From NCBI GenBank assembly GCA_965205015.1, contig OZ242029.1:1984001-2048000 (forward strand): a DNA stretch of 64,000 bases, in the 5' to 3' direction. The stretch comes from Candidatus Poribacteria bacterium. GTDB lineage: Bacteria; Poribacteria; WGA-4E; WGA-3G. The number at the start of each line of letters is the position of its first letter. The first letter of the stretch is position 1. The notes under the pieces are model-generated. The model was not told where the DNA came from. It saw only the letters and a program-made list of their open reading frames with translations, and made no database searches. A program made the position numbers and the translations under genes. Positions 10,201-19,879 of this stretch are shown here, one piece after another.

Positions 10201-11752
10201 CCCGCATCATGATATCTACTCCATTGAGGATTTGGCGCAGCTCATCTACGATCTAAAACAAGCGAACCCGCAGGCAAAGGTCGCTGTAAAACTGGTATCC
10301 GAATTTCTCGTTGGAACGATTGCGTCAGGGGTGGCAAAGGGCTACGCTGATGTCATACAAATAAGTGGGCATGAAGGGGGTACTGGGGCATCCCCGCTCA
10401 GTTCTATTAAGAACGCAGGGACCCCTTGGGAACTTGGACTTGCTGAAACACAGCGAGCACTCGTGACCAATGAATTACGGGATCGTGTCGTGCTACGAGC
10501 TGACGGTGGGATGCGTTCCGGACGCGACATTGTTATTGCGGCAATGTTGGGGGCAGAAGAATATGGATTTGGAACGATAGCGATGGTCGCCACGGGGTGT
10601 GTCATGGCACGCCAATGCCACTTAAATACGTGTCCGGTGGGTGTCGCTACCCAAGATCCAGCACTCCGGGCAAAATATCCCGGAACCCCCGAAATGGTCG
10701 TCAATTTCATGCTCGGTGTGGCGAATGAAGTGCGAGCCATCCTTGCCAACCTCGGACATCGGAGTCTCAACGATATTATCGGGCGTCCAGAATTGCTGCA
10801 ACCTGTCGATTTGGCAGATTACCCGAAAACCGAAACGCTGGATTTGAGCGAAATCTTGACCCCTGCCGATCCAACTGGGACACAGCCGCGTTATCATCTG
10901 CAAAAGCGAAATGATCGAGATGACATCTCTCTTGATGACCAGATCCTTGAGGATGCTAAGGAAGCAATCTTGCAGAAAACATCCATCCAACTCTCTTATT
11001 CCATCCGGAATACACACCGAACAGTCGGAGCAAAGTTGTCCGGGGAAATTGCAACACGCTATGGCGACACTGGCTTGCCCGATAGAACGATCCAGTGCGA
11101 CTTTAGGGGGAGTGCGGGACAAAGTTTCGGGGCTTTCTGTATCAGCGGTGTACAATTCGCTTTGACAGGTGAAGCGAATGACTATGTAGGTAAGGGCATG
11201 GCAGGCGGAGAAATTATTATTAAACCTGCACCGACTGCACAGTTCTCAACTTATGAAAATGCAATCATCGGAAATACAGTGTTGTACGGTGCCACAGGCG
11301 GGACACTTTATGCAGCAGGAAGAGCTGGCGAACGGTTCTGTGTCCGAAATAGCGGAGCAACTGCTGTCATTGAAGGCGTGGGGGATCACGGTTGTGAGTA
11401 CATGACCGCCGGAACAGCCGTAATTCTCGGCGAAACGGGTAGAAACTTTGGAGCCGGAATGACCGGTGGCACAGCCTATATTCTCGACGAAAAACAACAG
11501 TTCGAGAGGAAGTACAACTCGGATTGGGTGCAGATAGAAAAAGTAAACAGTGAGACAGATATTAAGAACCTGATGGCACTTATACAAAATCACGCGGCTT
11601 ATACCGGCAGTAAACACGCTGAGAAAATCCTCACCCATTGGGAAGATATCCTTTCGCATTTTTGGAAGGTGGTAACACCGCCGCCGCCACCGCCGCCAGC
11701 ACCTGTCCAACTAAAAAGAAGAGCCGCTGGACGCAGAGGACGAAAACGCTAA
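7259..11752 (+). CDS. gltB: Glutamate synthase large subunit
   Basis: DACGVGF Ntn Cys, HQRYSTNT, AHNGEINT, 3Fe-4S motif GCVMARQCHLNTCPVG, GXGXG C-terminal domain. Confidence 0.97.
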   Translation: MYNDLKEKDACGVGFVANRFGNRSHDIIKMATQAVTNLTHRGAVAADAKTGDGAGILTQIPEKLFQKELQKLGVHLDSIKDLGIGVIFLPRHDRDAQAQGRAIVEEILQHYDVPLLGWRSVPQDFSALGATALETLPEIQQVLVGRPEQLTDDAFEQRLYLICKALEHRVTAASLDEFHIASFSHRTIVYKGLLVAPQLTQFYSDLKDPDFQAALAVFHQRYSTNTSSTWMLAQPFHTLAHNGEINTLMGNRNWMRAREADLQSPLWKEDIQKLIPIINPQGSDSMSLDNVLELLTHSGRDILHAMMCLIPEAYEQIPDMPDALKACYEYLSCVSEPWDGPAAVAFTDGVSVGASLDRNGLRPARYKVTEDGTVVMGSEVGIIELDDSCVVEKGRLGPGQMIAVDTVQGRLLKDSDIKHNVAKRKPYAEWVKKGIVTLPAEKKGTCVTTDAVPEKLSTYQKAFGYMTEDVERFIKPMVSEAKEAIGSMGDDTPPSVISRHPRLLYSYFKQRFAQVTNPPIDSIRERLVMSLTTHLGKQYSLLTETPAHARLIRLQSPILTNTDLQALRELDISDFQIETLPVCFPVASGTQGLEEALEMLCQRASKAIDEGVTLLVLSDKEVSPDLAPIPMALAIGAVHHHLIRERKRMQASLIAETGDAREEHHFAVLLGYGATAINPYLAFSTIVQLAEDGEFAELTALEAVETYKATVEKGILKIMAKMGISTVSSYHGAQIFEALGINSTVIDKCFTGTTSRLSGIGFAEIAAETLHFHTKAFSGSEDDTSLEEAGYFRFRRNGEFHAFNPMVFKALHRFVKGGKPEDYEKYAAAIESGEPSSLRDLLAFKPSTPIPIEDVEPAEDIVRRFTTGSMSFGALSRETHETLAVAMNRLGAKSGSGEGGESSTRFKPQPNGDLASSAIKQVASGRFGVTPTYLISAKELEIKMAQGSKPGEGGQIPGHKVTAEIASLRHSVPGVPLISPPPHHDIYSIEDLAQLIYDLKQANPQAKVAVKLVSEFLVGTIASGVAKGYADVIQISGHEGGTGASPLSSIKNAGTPWELGLAETQRALVTNELRDRVVLRADGGMRSGRDIVIAAMLGAEEYGFGTIAMVATGCVMARQCHLNTCPVGVATQDPALRAKYPGTPEMVVNFMLGVANEVRAILANLGHRSLNDIIGRPELLQPVDLADYPKTETLDLSEILTPADPTGTQPRYHLQKRNDRDDISLDDQILEDAKEAILQKTSIQLSYSIRNTHRTVGAKLSGEIATRYGDTGLPDRTIQCDFRGSAGQSFGAFCISGVQFALTGEANDYVGKGMAGGEIIIKPAPTAQFSTYENAIIGNTVLYGATGGTLYAAGRAGERFCVRNSGATAVIEGVGDHGCEYMTAGTAVILGETGRNFGAGMTGGTAYILDEKQQFERKYNSDWVQIEKVNSETDIKNLMALIQNHAAYTGSKHAEKILTHWEDILSHFWKVVTPPPPPPPAPVQLKRRAAGRRGRKR

Positions 11753-11819
11753 AAAACGACTGCGAGGTAGGCATCAAGGATCTACCTCATAGCTGAATTA
11801 TCACCGACTCTATTAGCGC

Positions 11820-11849
11820 AAAAAAAAGGCAGCCGAAGCTGCCTTTTTT
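11820..11849. terminator. Bidirectional intrinsic terminator
   Basis: A-tract-GGCAGC-cgaa-GCTGCC-T-tract between convergent gltB and exbD. Confidence 0.9.
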
Positions 11850-11868
11850 CTTAACTGCATTGCAGTCT

Positions 11869-12291
11869 TCAGTCTTCTTCCGAGACCGCGAAAGCGATTT
11901 CAAGCCCCTCCGTTTTACTGGAGCGTTGTTTCGCTCGTTCTACCACATCGATGACGACACCGTGCTTCGCGCGTTTGTCTGCCTTGATAATCAGCGTGCT
12001 AATCTGGTTTTCATGCGCTGCAATGAACAGTTCCATGTCTTCCAGGGTCAGCATCTCTTGGTCATCGATCGAAATCCGTCCGTCACCGCTAATGAAGAGA
12101 TTATATTTCTTCCGTGTGAACTCATGTTTAGTTGCGGAATCGGGTAAGGTGACAGTGAAAGGCGGGGGAACCCGCATAACAGCAGACACCATGAAGAAGA
12201 TAAGCAACAAAAAGACACAATCGATCATTGGCGCCATCGGAATGTCATCATCGTCGCCTGTTTTCTTCCGCCGAGACATGTTCAAAGCCAT
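11869..12291 (-). CDS. exbD: ExbD/TolR family protein
   Basis: APMIDCVFLLLIFFMV transmembrane motif; IKADKRAKHG. Confidence 0.92.
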   Translation of the reverse strand: MALNMSRRKKTGDDDDIPMAPMIDCVFLLLIFFMVSAVMRVPPPFTVTLPDSATKHEFTRKKYNLFISGDGRISIDDQEMLTLEDMELFIAAHENQISTLIIKADKRAKHGVVIDVVERAKQRSSKTEGLEIAFAVSEED

Positions 12292-12341
12292 CTGAATTCT
12301 CCTATAGAGAGTAGTGTGCTATTGTCATCGCGGGGGACACG

Positions 12342-12794
12342 TCAGTCTCTCGCGACAATAGCGAACCCGATTTTATCTATACCTGCCTGTTTCGCGATAT
12401 CCATCACTTGCACGATCTGCTCATGTAGTACTTCTCGTTCGGATTGGATAATCAGCATGCTTGTTGCTTCATCAGGGGCGTTGATGAAGCGGTTGAACAT
12501 TTCATCAATCTGGACGACCTCATCATTCAGCACCATCGTGCCTCTGTCATCGCCGGGTTCCGGGTTTGCGATTCGAACGGTTAACCCTTTCGGTTTATCA
12601 GGTGACGGTTTTCCCGGTGGGGGTAATTGCACCCGAAGGCCTGGAATCGGCGAGAAGGTTGTCGAAACCATGAAGAAAATCAGGAGCAGGAACACACAAT
12701 CAATCATAGGTGCCATACTGAGCGTTGGGGGCTTGCGTTCCCGGATCTTGGTCGCAAGCAGACTCAATTTGACGTCACCGCCGGCTTGTTGCAT
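12342..12794 (-). CDS. exbD: ExbD/TolR family protein (second copy)
   Basis: APMIDCVFLLLIFFMV; VMDIAKQAG. Confidence 0.92.
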   Translation of the reverse strand: MQQAGGDVKLSLLATKIRERKPPTLSMAPMIDCVFLLLIFFMVSTTFSPIPGLRVQLPPPGKPSPDKPKGLTVRIANPEPGDDRGTMVLNDEVVQIDEMFNRFINAPDEATSMLIIQSEREVLHEQIVQVMDIAKQAGIDKIGFAIVARD

Positions 12795-12898
12795 TTCAGA
12801 GTCTCCTTTCTCGTAATGAGACGTGGGCTTAGGTATAAATACCCTATAAAGCCTATTAGGAGAGGGCGAGCGAAGTACCCGCCCGTTCCGTTACAAGA

Positions 12899-13891
12899 TT
12901 AGGCATCTCCGCCTTCACCAACAATCAACTGGTTCACGATCTCGGTAGAAACCTGAGAGATTTCAACCAGGTGCCTGTTGACCCAACTATCAAAGAGCTG
13001 GAAGAAAATCAAGCAGGGAATAGCAACTGTCAAGCCAGCAGCAGTTGTCAGAAGTGCCTGTGAGATACCACCGGCGAGCTGCTGCGGGTCACCAGTACCC
13101 TCAAGTGCGATTGTAGTAAACGCACTAATCATACCTGTAACTGTTCCGAGCAAGCCAAACAATGGAGACACGACTGCAACAGTACCGAGGACCGGAAGAT
13201 TTCTTTCGAGTTCAGGGATCTCAAGCAGACTTGCTTCCTCGATGGCTTCCTGAATTTCCTCTTTGCTAATATCGCGTTCCTCAATTTGGGCTTGGCTATA
13301 TCGCAACAATCCTGCTTTAAGAACGTTAGCAAGCGGTCCACCAGCTTCTTCACAAGTCGAAACGGCTTCCATAATGTTCTCTTTCCGCAATGAATCAGCA
13401 ATACTGGCGATAAATTGTTCGGTCCCAATTCGAGAACGACTCCGAACGAAGGTGAAGAGCCTTTCAATAATGAAAGTCAACGCCGTGATGGAACAGAGGG
13501 CGAGGGGCCAGAAGACGAATCCAAACTTCTGGAAGAAAGTGACGATATTATCTTTTTTCGTCATTTTGAGTGGAACAAAGTGGTCACCACCATTAACGAC
13601 TGTAACGGGTTTACCAAGCCGATCGCCGTATCCTTCTCTATAGATACTGATGAGGTAACGACCTGCGGGAACACCGGAGCGCTCATAATCACCGTTGGCA
13701 TCCGTTGTTGCTGCAAATTCTTCGCCACTTTGGGCAACAATCTTGACTTCAACGCCTTCAATTGGGGCCTGTGCTGTGGTCGTATCAACAATTTGGCCAC
13801 GGACGGTTCCGCCACTGTCCTGTGCAAACGCAACACCGGCAGACATACCGATACAGGCGACCAACATTAACACTAAACTTAAACGAGTCAT
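12899..13891 (-). CDS. exbB: MotA/TolQ/ExbB protein with N-terminal carboxypeptidase-regulatory-like beta-sandwich
   Basis: Signal peptide; GTVRGQIVD…PIEGVEV…TDANGDY…PAGRY; PLFGLLGTVTGMI; GISQALLTTAAGL. Confidence 0.88.
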   Translation of the reverse strand: MTRLSLVLMLVACIGMSAGVAFAQDSGGTVRGQIVDTTTAQAPIEGVEVKIVAQSGEEFAATTDANGDYERSGVPAGRYLISIYREGYGDRLGKPVTVVNGGDHFVPLKMTKKDNIVTFFQKFGFVFWPLALCSITALTFIIERLFTFVRSRSRIGTEQFIASIADSLRKENIMEAVSTCEEAGGPLANVLKAGLLRYSQAQIEERDISKEEIQEAIEEASLLEIPELERNLPVLGTVAVVSPLFGLLGTVTGMISAFTTIALEGTGDPQQLAGGISQALLTTAAGLTVAIPCLIFFQLFDSWVNRHLVEISQVSTEIVNQLIVGEGGDA

Positions 13892-14212
13892 TCGTTCTGA
13901 TCCTCCTTAGGATAACCTGCCAAATATACTGGCAAGTTTTACAAATCATCTCATAAGCCGTTGTCGGAACTCGCCCAACAACTCAATTTTGCTAACACTT
14001 GAGCATTTCAAAAATTACAGAGGTTTTTAGGTCGGGTCGGAGCGATCAAAAACCGCACCCACCATTTAAACACCATTCTCGTTAATAACACCTGAGTGTT
14101 TAAGAAGTTACGCGTTATATTCAAACCCTACGGAAAATAGAAGCACAGGTGATATCGCGAGACGCGAAATCGCTGGACACGAAGAGATCGTGTCCAGCAA
14201 TCCAAACATCAT

Positions 14213-17200
14213 TTAGAAACCCATCATTGCTCGCACAAACGTCGTGTTACTCGTTGTGTGGTCAAGCAGGATGGTGGTTCGCCGGTAACCAGCGAGGATA
14301 ACAATGTTAAACCCAAGCCATTCACCACGGTTGATTGCTTGGACTTCAAATATCCGTGTTCGCAGGTCCGGTCGGAAAAGGACTGGTACATCCTCATCCT
14401 CCGGGAAATTCGTCAAATATTGTTTGAAGTTATTATCCCGGTTGGTAAATTTCCTGTACTGGAAACCCCCAAGAATGTTCATTCTTTGCGTGAACTGATA
14501 ATCAAGCCTTACGCCGAGAACATCTTCACGACTTCTACGGTTGAAGCGCAAGTATTCGATGGGTTCATCATCAGTTGGAACAAACAGACGTGGATTAAGG
14601 GCGTCCCCGATTTCCTCTGCACCGCGGTCGAAAGCGCGGTCCCAAATGTACTTCACCATCGGTGTAAGCGTCAAATCTTCACCAATTCTGTCGATGAAGG
14701 GAAGATCACCAAGAGGGATCTCGTATCTGGCTTTGAGAATTGTCTGCTGGTTACGAATATCCCGTTCGGGATAACGGCGCTTCTTCCAGTTTTCAGCATC
14801 ATAGATTAAGCCCGGATCCTCAGGGTTCAGCGCGTTAATTCCGTGATCTGGATAGAATGGGAATTCCCGTCTGTCACCAGCAGCTCGGACCTGCTCAACT
14901 GGAACCATGAAGTCAACGCGTTGATCGGCGTTGAGGGGATCGCCTTCTTCCCCTGATCCCTCAACATCCAAGAAAATCGCGCCCTCCTGATCCTGCTCAA
15001 ACTGTTTTTGCAGGACAACGAGGAACTTCGCTTCGAGCGTGAGGTTCGGAACAGCAGTGTAGAGGAACTGCAGCGTCGTTGTATTCACACGAGCGTTGTA
15101 GAAATCAAGCTCATCGGAAATTTGGACAGGCTCCAATTCACCGACACGCAGTGTAATGGTGTAATCTGGAATATCGTCTCGGACTCGGACGAAACGGTTT
15201 TGGAAAAGGACAGTTCCAAAATCTGGAATGTCACGTTGATAGGTGACATGTAAGTATTTGGAATCATTCCGACGGCGGCTTGAAACTTCGTTTTCGTTAA
15301 GCCACCCAACTTTGAGTGAAAGGTTGTCAAGGAGGTCATATTCAGCGAAGACATGGTATCCTTGCCTGTCTACCCCGTACTCATATTGCGGTTCAAAATC
15401 GTCCTCAAGTGAATCGATAGTACCGTTGTTGTTCAGATCAACAAGGTCGGTGAATACTGGCGGATCAGCATCAAAGATGAGAAAGTCTTCTTGGAAATCC
15501 AAAACGCCGTTCTGGTCTCTATCATCAGCACGCGGTAGGACTCCGTCAAAGTCGATATCATCGGGCCAGTCATCATCATCATCATCATCTTCAATGAGGG
15601 CGTAATTAACTTCATCCCAGGGGTCTCTTTCAGCCTGAGATTCGGGGGTTCGCTCCAGCGAATACGGCTGGTCTCTGTCGGTATTGGCACCGAAGTTGAG
15701 ATAGGTTGTGGTGTACCCGGGATCGATGTGATAATAGACACCTTCAAGATACAACTTCCCAAATCGGGATTTGAGTTGGACGAACCAAGCGGTTTCTCTA
15801 CCCATTTCTCCGTCGCCGCTTTCGTCGGTTCCGTCACCACCCAACCTGGCTTCAAATCGTTCACCTTCGGTCTCTGAATAGGTCGGTACACCGTTCCGGT
15901 CTAATGGCAAACCCGTAGCTGGATCGACAGAGATACCGGTTTCTTCCTCGCCATCCTCGCCTATAATCGTAGGCGTGATTCTACTAAATCCAACCTGATC
16001 CTTCGGGATCGTCGGATATTGCTTATATTTGCCGTTGATAGAGTAGTGCGCACGAACGAAAACGTTGCCGACAGTACCCTCTAAGTCAAGCCCGTAGAGG
16101 AGTGCAGCACGTGCGGCACCGTAACGATAACGGATTTTACGCGGTCTGCCTTCACCCGTCCAGCTATCCGGATTATCAAAGCGGGCATCGCGGTTCTGGA
16201 TGTAATCCGAGGATTGCCCATAGTTACCGGGCGCCTGAATAACATCGCGGTATGGCATCTCAATGTGTCCATCTTCGGTTTTAATCCATTCTTCAACAAA
16301 TGGATCTGCCCCTTCAGCAGCCTTGTTGGCATCACTGAATCCGATAACGGCAATGTTATAATCACCCGCGACGACCATGTCAAAAACGACCGATTGAACA
16401 GTTCGCGGATCAACATCATGTTCCTCAAAAACGAGATCATACTTCATTTTATTGAAGCCGTCTACAAGTGCCCAATCCCCGGACGTACGGATATCAGAGG
16501 GAAGTCCGCCTACATCAATCGGAGTGACATCGCTGGAGAAGATATCAATCTTTTGTGTTTGTGCGGGTTGCGCTTTCGGTTCAACACCGTCTTCAATCTC
16601 TTCGGGTGTTAAATCTTCCAACTCTTGCGTGATGATTGTAGCCGTCATTTGCTTAAAAGCCGCACCGACACCACCTTGAATATTGCCGCCATGCTTGGCT
16701 TCATCATAGCCGGAGAATAGCGTAACGGAACCGTGATTGTCTTCAGGCGAATCATCGCGGAAAACAACAGTGATGACCTCTGGCGGTGTATTCGCGACAG
16801 TACCCATAATCGGGTTTTCAACGCGTTCGGGGTGCTCTTTATGAAGGTTGACGTAAGTAAACCCAACGCGGAAAATGTCGCCCAAAAGCCCTTGAGCTCG
16901 AAAACCCATGAGTCGCGCGTTTTCAATATGCCGAACGCCAGCGTCTTCATTTAAACCATTTCGACGTCCAAGGGTCGGCGCAAGGTTCGCCGCTGCGTCT
17001 GTCAACTGAACGGGGTTTGAGATACGTGAGTTAATGAGCGTGAAAAGGTGTCGTTCCTGTGCAAAAGAGATATCCCAACGAAGCCCATCAAACTCTGTCT
17101 TGTAGAGGATATAGCGGTTCGGGAACAGTGTAGAGGGCTTGAAACGCATGCTATCCCCAATAGCAAACTCAGTATATCTACCACGGAAACTGTCTTCTGT

Positions 17201-17533
17201 TAAAACGGTTCTATCCAGCTGCGCTGAGAATCTTTCGCTATCCAGCTGACCGGTCCGACCAACAATCAAGGTGCCAGCCTGGTCAAACTCTTTCTCCTCA
17301 ATATAGTTATAGACCTCGTTACCCTCAAGCAGCTCTTTTCCAAACAAGTCATAGAAGAACTGTGGTTCCTCTTCCAACTGGAATCGTGCTGAAAATTTAG
17401 AACTCCCCTCAATTGTTGGCAATAGGGGCTCTTGTGGACCAAGGCTCTGTGCACCACAACCGTAAAGCACAAAAGCACTCAGGATACAGGTCGCTACAAG
17501 TAAAACATCAAATGATTGTTTTAGCCTGTTCAT
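14213..17533 (-). CDS. Large acidic outer-membrane/surface protein, probable lipoprotein, with Ca-binding-like motifs
   Basis: Start MNRLKQ with AAGGAGG RBS; LYGC lipobox-like; DDDDDDDWPDD, DRDQNGVLD, DLNNNGTID; amphipathic strands and terminal Phe. Confidence 0.75.
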   Translation of the reverse strand: MNRLKQSFDVLLVATCILSAFVLYGCGAQSLGPQEPLLPTIEGSSKFSARFQLEEEPQFFYDLFGKELLEGNEVYNYIEEKEFDQAGTLIVGRTGQLDSERFSAQLDRTVLTEDSFRGRYTEFAIGDSMRFKPSTLFPNRYILYKTEFDGLRWDISFAQERHLFTLINSRISNPVQLTDAAANLAPTLGRRNGLNEDAGVRHIENARLMGFRAQGLLGDIFRVGFTYVNLHKEHPERVENPIMGTVANTPPEVITVVFRDDSPEDNHGSVTLFSGYDEAKHGGNIQGGVGAAFKQMTATIITQELEDLTPEEIEDGVEPKAQPAQTQKIDIFSSDVTPIDVGGLPSDIRTSGDWALVDGFNKMKYDLVFEEHDVDPRTVQSVVFDMVVAGDYNIAVIGFSDANKAAEGADPFVEEWIKTEDGHIEMPYRDVIQAPGNYGQSSDYIQNRDARFDNPDSWTGEGRPRKIRYRYGAARAALLYGLDLEGTVGNVFVRAHYSINGKYKQYPTIPKDQVGFSRITPTIIGEDGEEETGISVDPATGLPLDRNGVPTYSETEGERFEARLGGDGTDESGDGEMGRETAWFVQLKSRFGKLYLEGVYYHIDPGYTTTYLNFGANTDRDQPYSLERTPESQAERDPWDEVNYALIEDDDDDDDWPDDIDFDGVLPRADDRDQNGVLDFQEDFLIFDADPPVFTDLVDLNNNGTIDSLEDDFEPQYEYGVDRQGYHVFAEYDLLDNLSLKVGWLNENEVSSRRRNDSKYLHVTYQRDIPDFGTVLFQNRFVRVRDDIPDYTITLRVGELEPVQISDELDFYNARVNTTTLQFLYTAVPNLTLEAKFLVVLQKQFEQDQEGAIFLDVEGSGEEGDPLNADQRVDFMVPVEQVRAAGDRREFPFYPDHGINALNPEDPGLIYDAENWKKRRYPERDIRNQQTILKARYEIPLGDLPFIDRIGEDLTLTPMVKYIWDRAFDRGAEEIGDALNPRLFVPTDDEPIEYLRFNRRSREDVLGVRLDYQFTQRMNILGGFQYRKFTNRDNNFKQYLTNFPEDEDVPVLFRPDLRTRIFEVQAINRGEWLGFNIVILAGYRRTTILLDHTTSNTTFVRAMMGF

Positions 17534-17881
17534 TACTTTGTTTTTCCTCCTTGGAAATAATGAATCGGATGTTTGGGCGACGGAACTGCGATATGATTTT
17601 TCACATCTCGCTGTCCCTACCTCGGTTTCCGACAAAAAACCTTAAAAATGGATGGAAACTGCTTTAAATGTAAACGAAAAGTCTCAAAATCTCGTTAATG
17701 AAACCAACATCACTTCAATTTCGTCCTTTTCCGTTATGACTGGGCAAGTGTCCAATCAGTTGTGAACACTCAGCGAAGCATGTAAAAAGCAAATCTCCTT
17801 CCAACAGATTAAGGGTTTGTTTTGCGGGAATTCCCAATAAACAGGTAATGAAAATACCCGCAAAACTGTTCTTAGCATTTT

Positions 17882-17910
17882 AAAATAGCACTGATTCAAA
17901 TTTCTGTCAA
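17882..17910 (-). promoter_or_regulatory. sigma70-type promoter for the outer-membrane protein/exbBD operon
   Basis: TTGACA-17 bp-TATTTT with TG extension. Confidence 0.5.
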
Positions 17911-18040
17911 GTTTTTAACAGAAAAAACGCATGCATTGGGATGGTAATTTCACATAATCATACCACAAATGTCATATTTTTCAAGTTTAATTATATCAGC
18001 ACCATTTTATTTTCGGTTTTTCACTCATTTTTAAGGACGA

Positions 18041-18066
18041 GTCGCGATCTACAAATCGCGCCTACA
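18041..18066 (-). repeat. REP-like palindrome (GTAG family)
   Basis: Minus strand TGTAGGCGCGATTTGTAGATCGCGAC. Confidence 0.55.
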
Positions 18067-18395
18067 TGCCCCAAGTAATTGTCCGACAGAATACTGTGCC
18101 GGATAGGAGCATCCTTAATATGAGAATCATTTTAACAACTACTGTCTCCTAAAGATTCCCGAAGACAATAGCAAATAGATAATAAGTTGTGTCGCCTAGG
18201 ATGCCGGGTAAAAATATTGGTAAGTCCTGGTATCAATTTGTAAGTATCCTCACAATGGCAGCGAACAAATCATGCCCCACTGCCCATTGGGCGTACTATA
18301 ATTATACTACATTTTAAGAAAAATTGACATTTTTTTTTCAAACGACTGTCAATACAAGCCCCTGAACCCGAAAATTGGGCAGTAAAACTTTGAAA

Positions 18396-19820
18396 TTAAG
18401 ACGTTGCGTCCTTTAGACTTTCAGCACTTCTATTGAAATATTCCATGAACAAGGCAATCGTAACACCCACGGACAGACCCGCGATTCCCGCGATGACTAA
18501 GATAAGCCTCAGTTGAGGACTCACCGGAATTTTTCTGGGTACCGCGCGGTCGATGATTTCAATACCACCTATCTGGTTGCGAGCCGTATTTAACTTGGAT
18601 TCGGCATATAATATTTCAGCTTCAAGAGACCGTTTCGCAATCTCTTCAGCCAGTTGATTCGTTTTCTGAATCTTCGCTCCCATCTGTGTGAGAATTATCT
18701 GGTTTTCTGGGATCTGTTCCAACATTTGTGTCAATTCAGTTTCCAACGTGTGAAGTTCCTGCTTCAGATGTTCAGCAGCGTTTTCATAACGCGAGACACT
18801 TGGAATAAGGGTCAACAACTGATTCTTTATATAGGTATGATGGGCAGAGGTGCCGGAAGTAACGGTAGTCGCTGTAGGGGAGGTTTGAGCGTTTTTTTCG
18901 CGGATTGCCGCAATTTGTGCGTCGAGACCCTTCAATTCTGATGCAGTCTGACCTACCTTTTCCACATCCGCAGCACGCTGTGATTCAAGGTTGAAGAGTT
19001 TCTCTTGCTGAAACAACCAAACCGGATCGTAGGATGTCGTCTCTGATGTCTTCGTCTGCTCTGGTAAGCGTTGTAGTTGTTCCTGTAGGTATGAAATGTG
19101 AACGCCCGTCGCATGGAGCTGCTGCTGGTTCGTTTCAAGTCTTTCTCGGATATTGGCGTGACGTTCAAGCAAATTGGTAAGCGTTGGAATCCATGTTTCT
19201 GGACTGCCATTCTGGCGAGCAAATCGGAGGAGAGCCTCTAAGTCTTTCTGTATTTCAATTTGAATTTCTCGTCGTTTATTTTCGAGAAATTCCATCCGTC
19301 TTTTGAGCTTTGTTTCTTCATCCCCACGCCGCAATGTTTTCATGTCCTCTACGAGTTGGTTAACAAGAAGAGCCGCATTGCGTTCCCCTCCCTCCGTCTC
19401 CGTCAAAACAATCGAAAGATTGATATAGTCGGAATCTGGGTTCAGCTGCGCCTTCAGCATTCGTTTGAGTTTACCTACAGATGGAAGGAGAGAAACCGCC
19501 TCAACGTTGCCACTCTCTTCAAGGTTTTCGATTGCCGTTTTTAGCATTGATTCTGTGGAAAATCGAGCACTGATTGTCTCCATTTCCCGCCGATCGACAC
19601 CACCAGAGAGGACGCTTTGAAACAGGTTCGTTGAAGGCAAGGCAGACGTTGTATTAGGTTGGACGAGTAACATTAAAGTAGAAGCAGCATACGTTTTAGG
19701 CAAGCGGACGGAAACAACCAGGGCGGTTCCTAATACCAACAAGACACTCAGACAGAGTGTGAAATCATGCCTTCGGATGAGTTGAAGATAATCTCGGAGA
19801 TGTTCCTCCTGTTGCGGCAT
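18396..19820 (-). CDS. Wzz/GumC-type polysaccharide co-polymerase-like membrane protein, no kinase domain
   Basis: LRDYLQLIRR, PKTYAAST, long coiled coil, IIDRAVPRKIPVSPQ plus C-terminal TM helix. Confidence 0.8.
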   Translation of the reverse strand: MPQQEEHLRDYLQLIRRHDFTLCLSVLLVLGTALVVSVRLPKTYAASTLMLLVQPNTTSALPSTNLFQSVLSGGVDRREMETISARFSTESMLKTAIENLEESGNVEAVSLLPSVGKLKRMLKAQLNPDSDYINLSIVLTETEGGERNAALLVNQLVEDMKTLRRGDEETKLKRRMEFLENKRREIQIEIQKDLEALLRFARQNGSPETWIPTLTNLLERHANIRERLETNQQQLHATGVHISYLQEQLQRLPEQTKTSETTSYDPVWLFQQEKLFNLESQRAADVEKVGQTASELKGLDAQIAAIREKNAQTSPTATTVTSGTSAHHTYIKNQLLTLIPSVSRYENAAEHLKQELHTLETELTQMLEQIPENQIILTQMGAKIQKTNQLAEEIAKRSLEAEILYAESKLNTARNQIGGIEIIDRAVPRKIPVSPQLRLILVIAGIAGLSVGVTIALFMEYFNRSAESLKDATS

Positions 19821-19879
19821 GAATGTATGGAATTCTCGCCCAGTTCTTGGGCAAGAAATTGCCCCTCCTTTTTTCAAGC

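Noticed and set aside
6937-17786. Shared 13-mer CGAAGCATGTAAA in two leaders (6937 and 17774)
   Set aside because: One such match is expected by chance, and the orientation relative to the transcripts is opposite.
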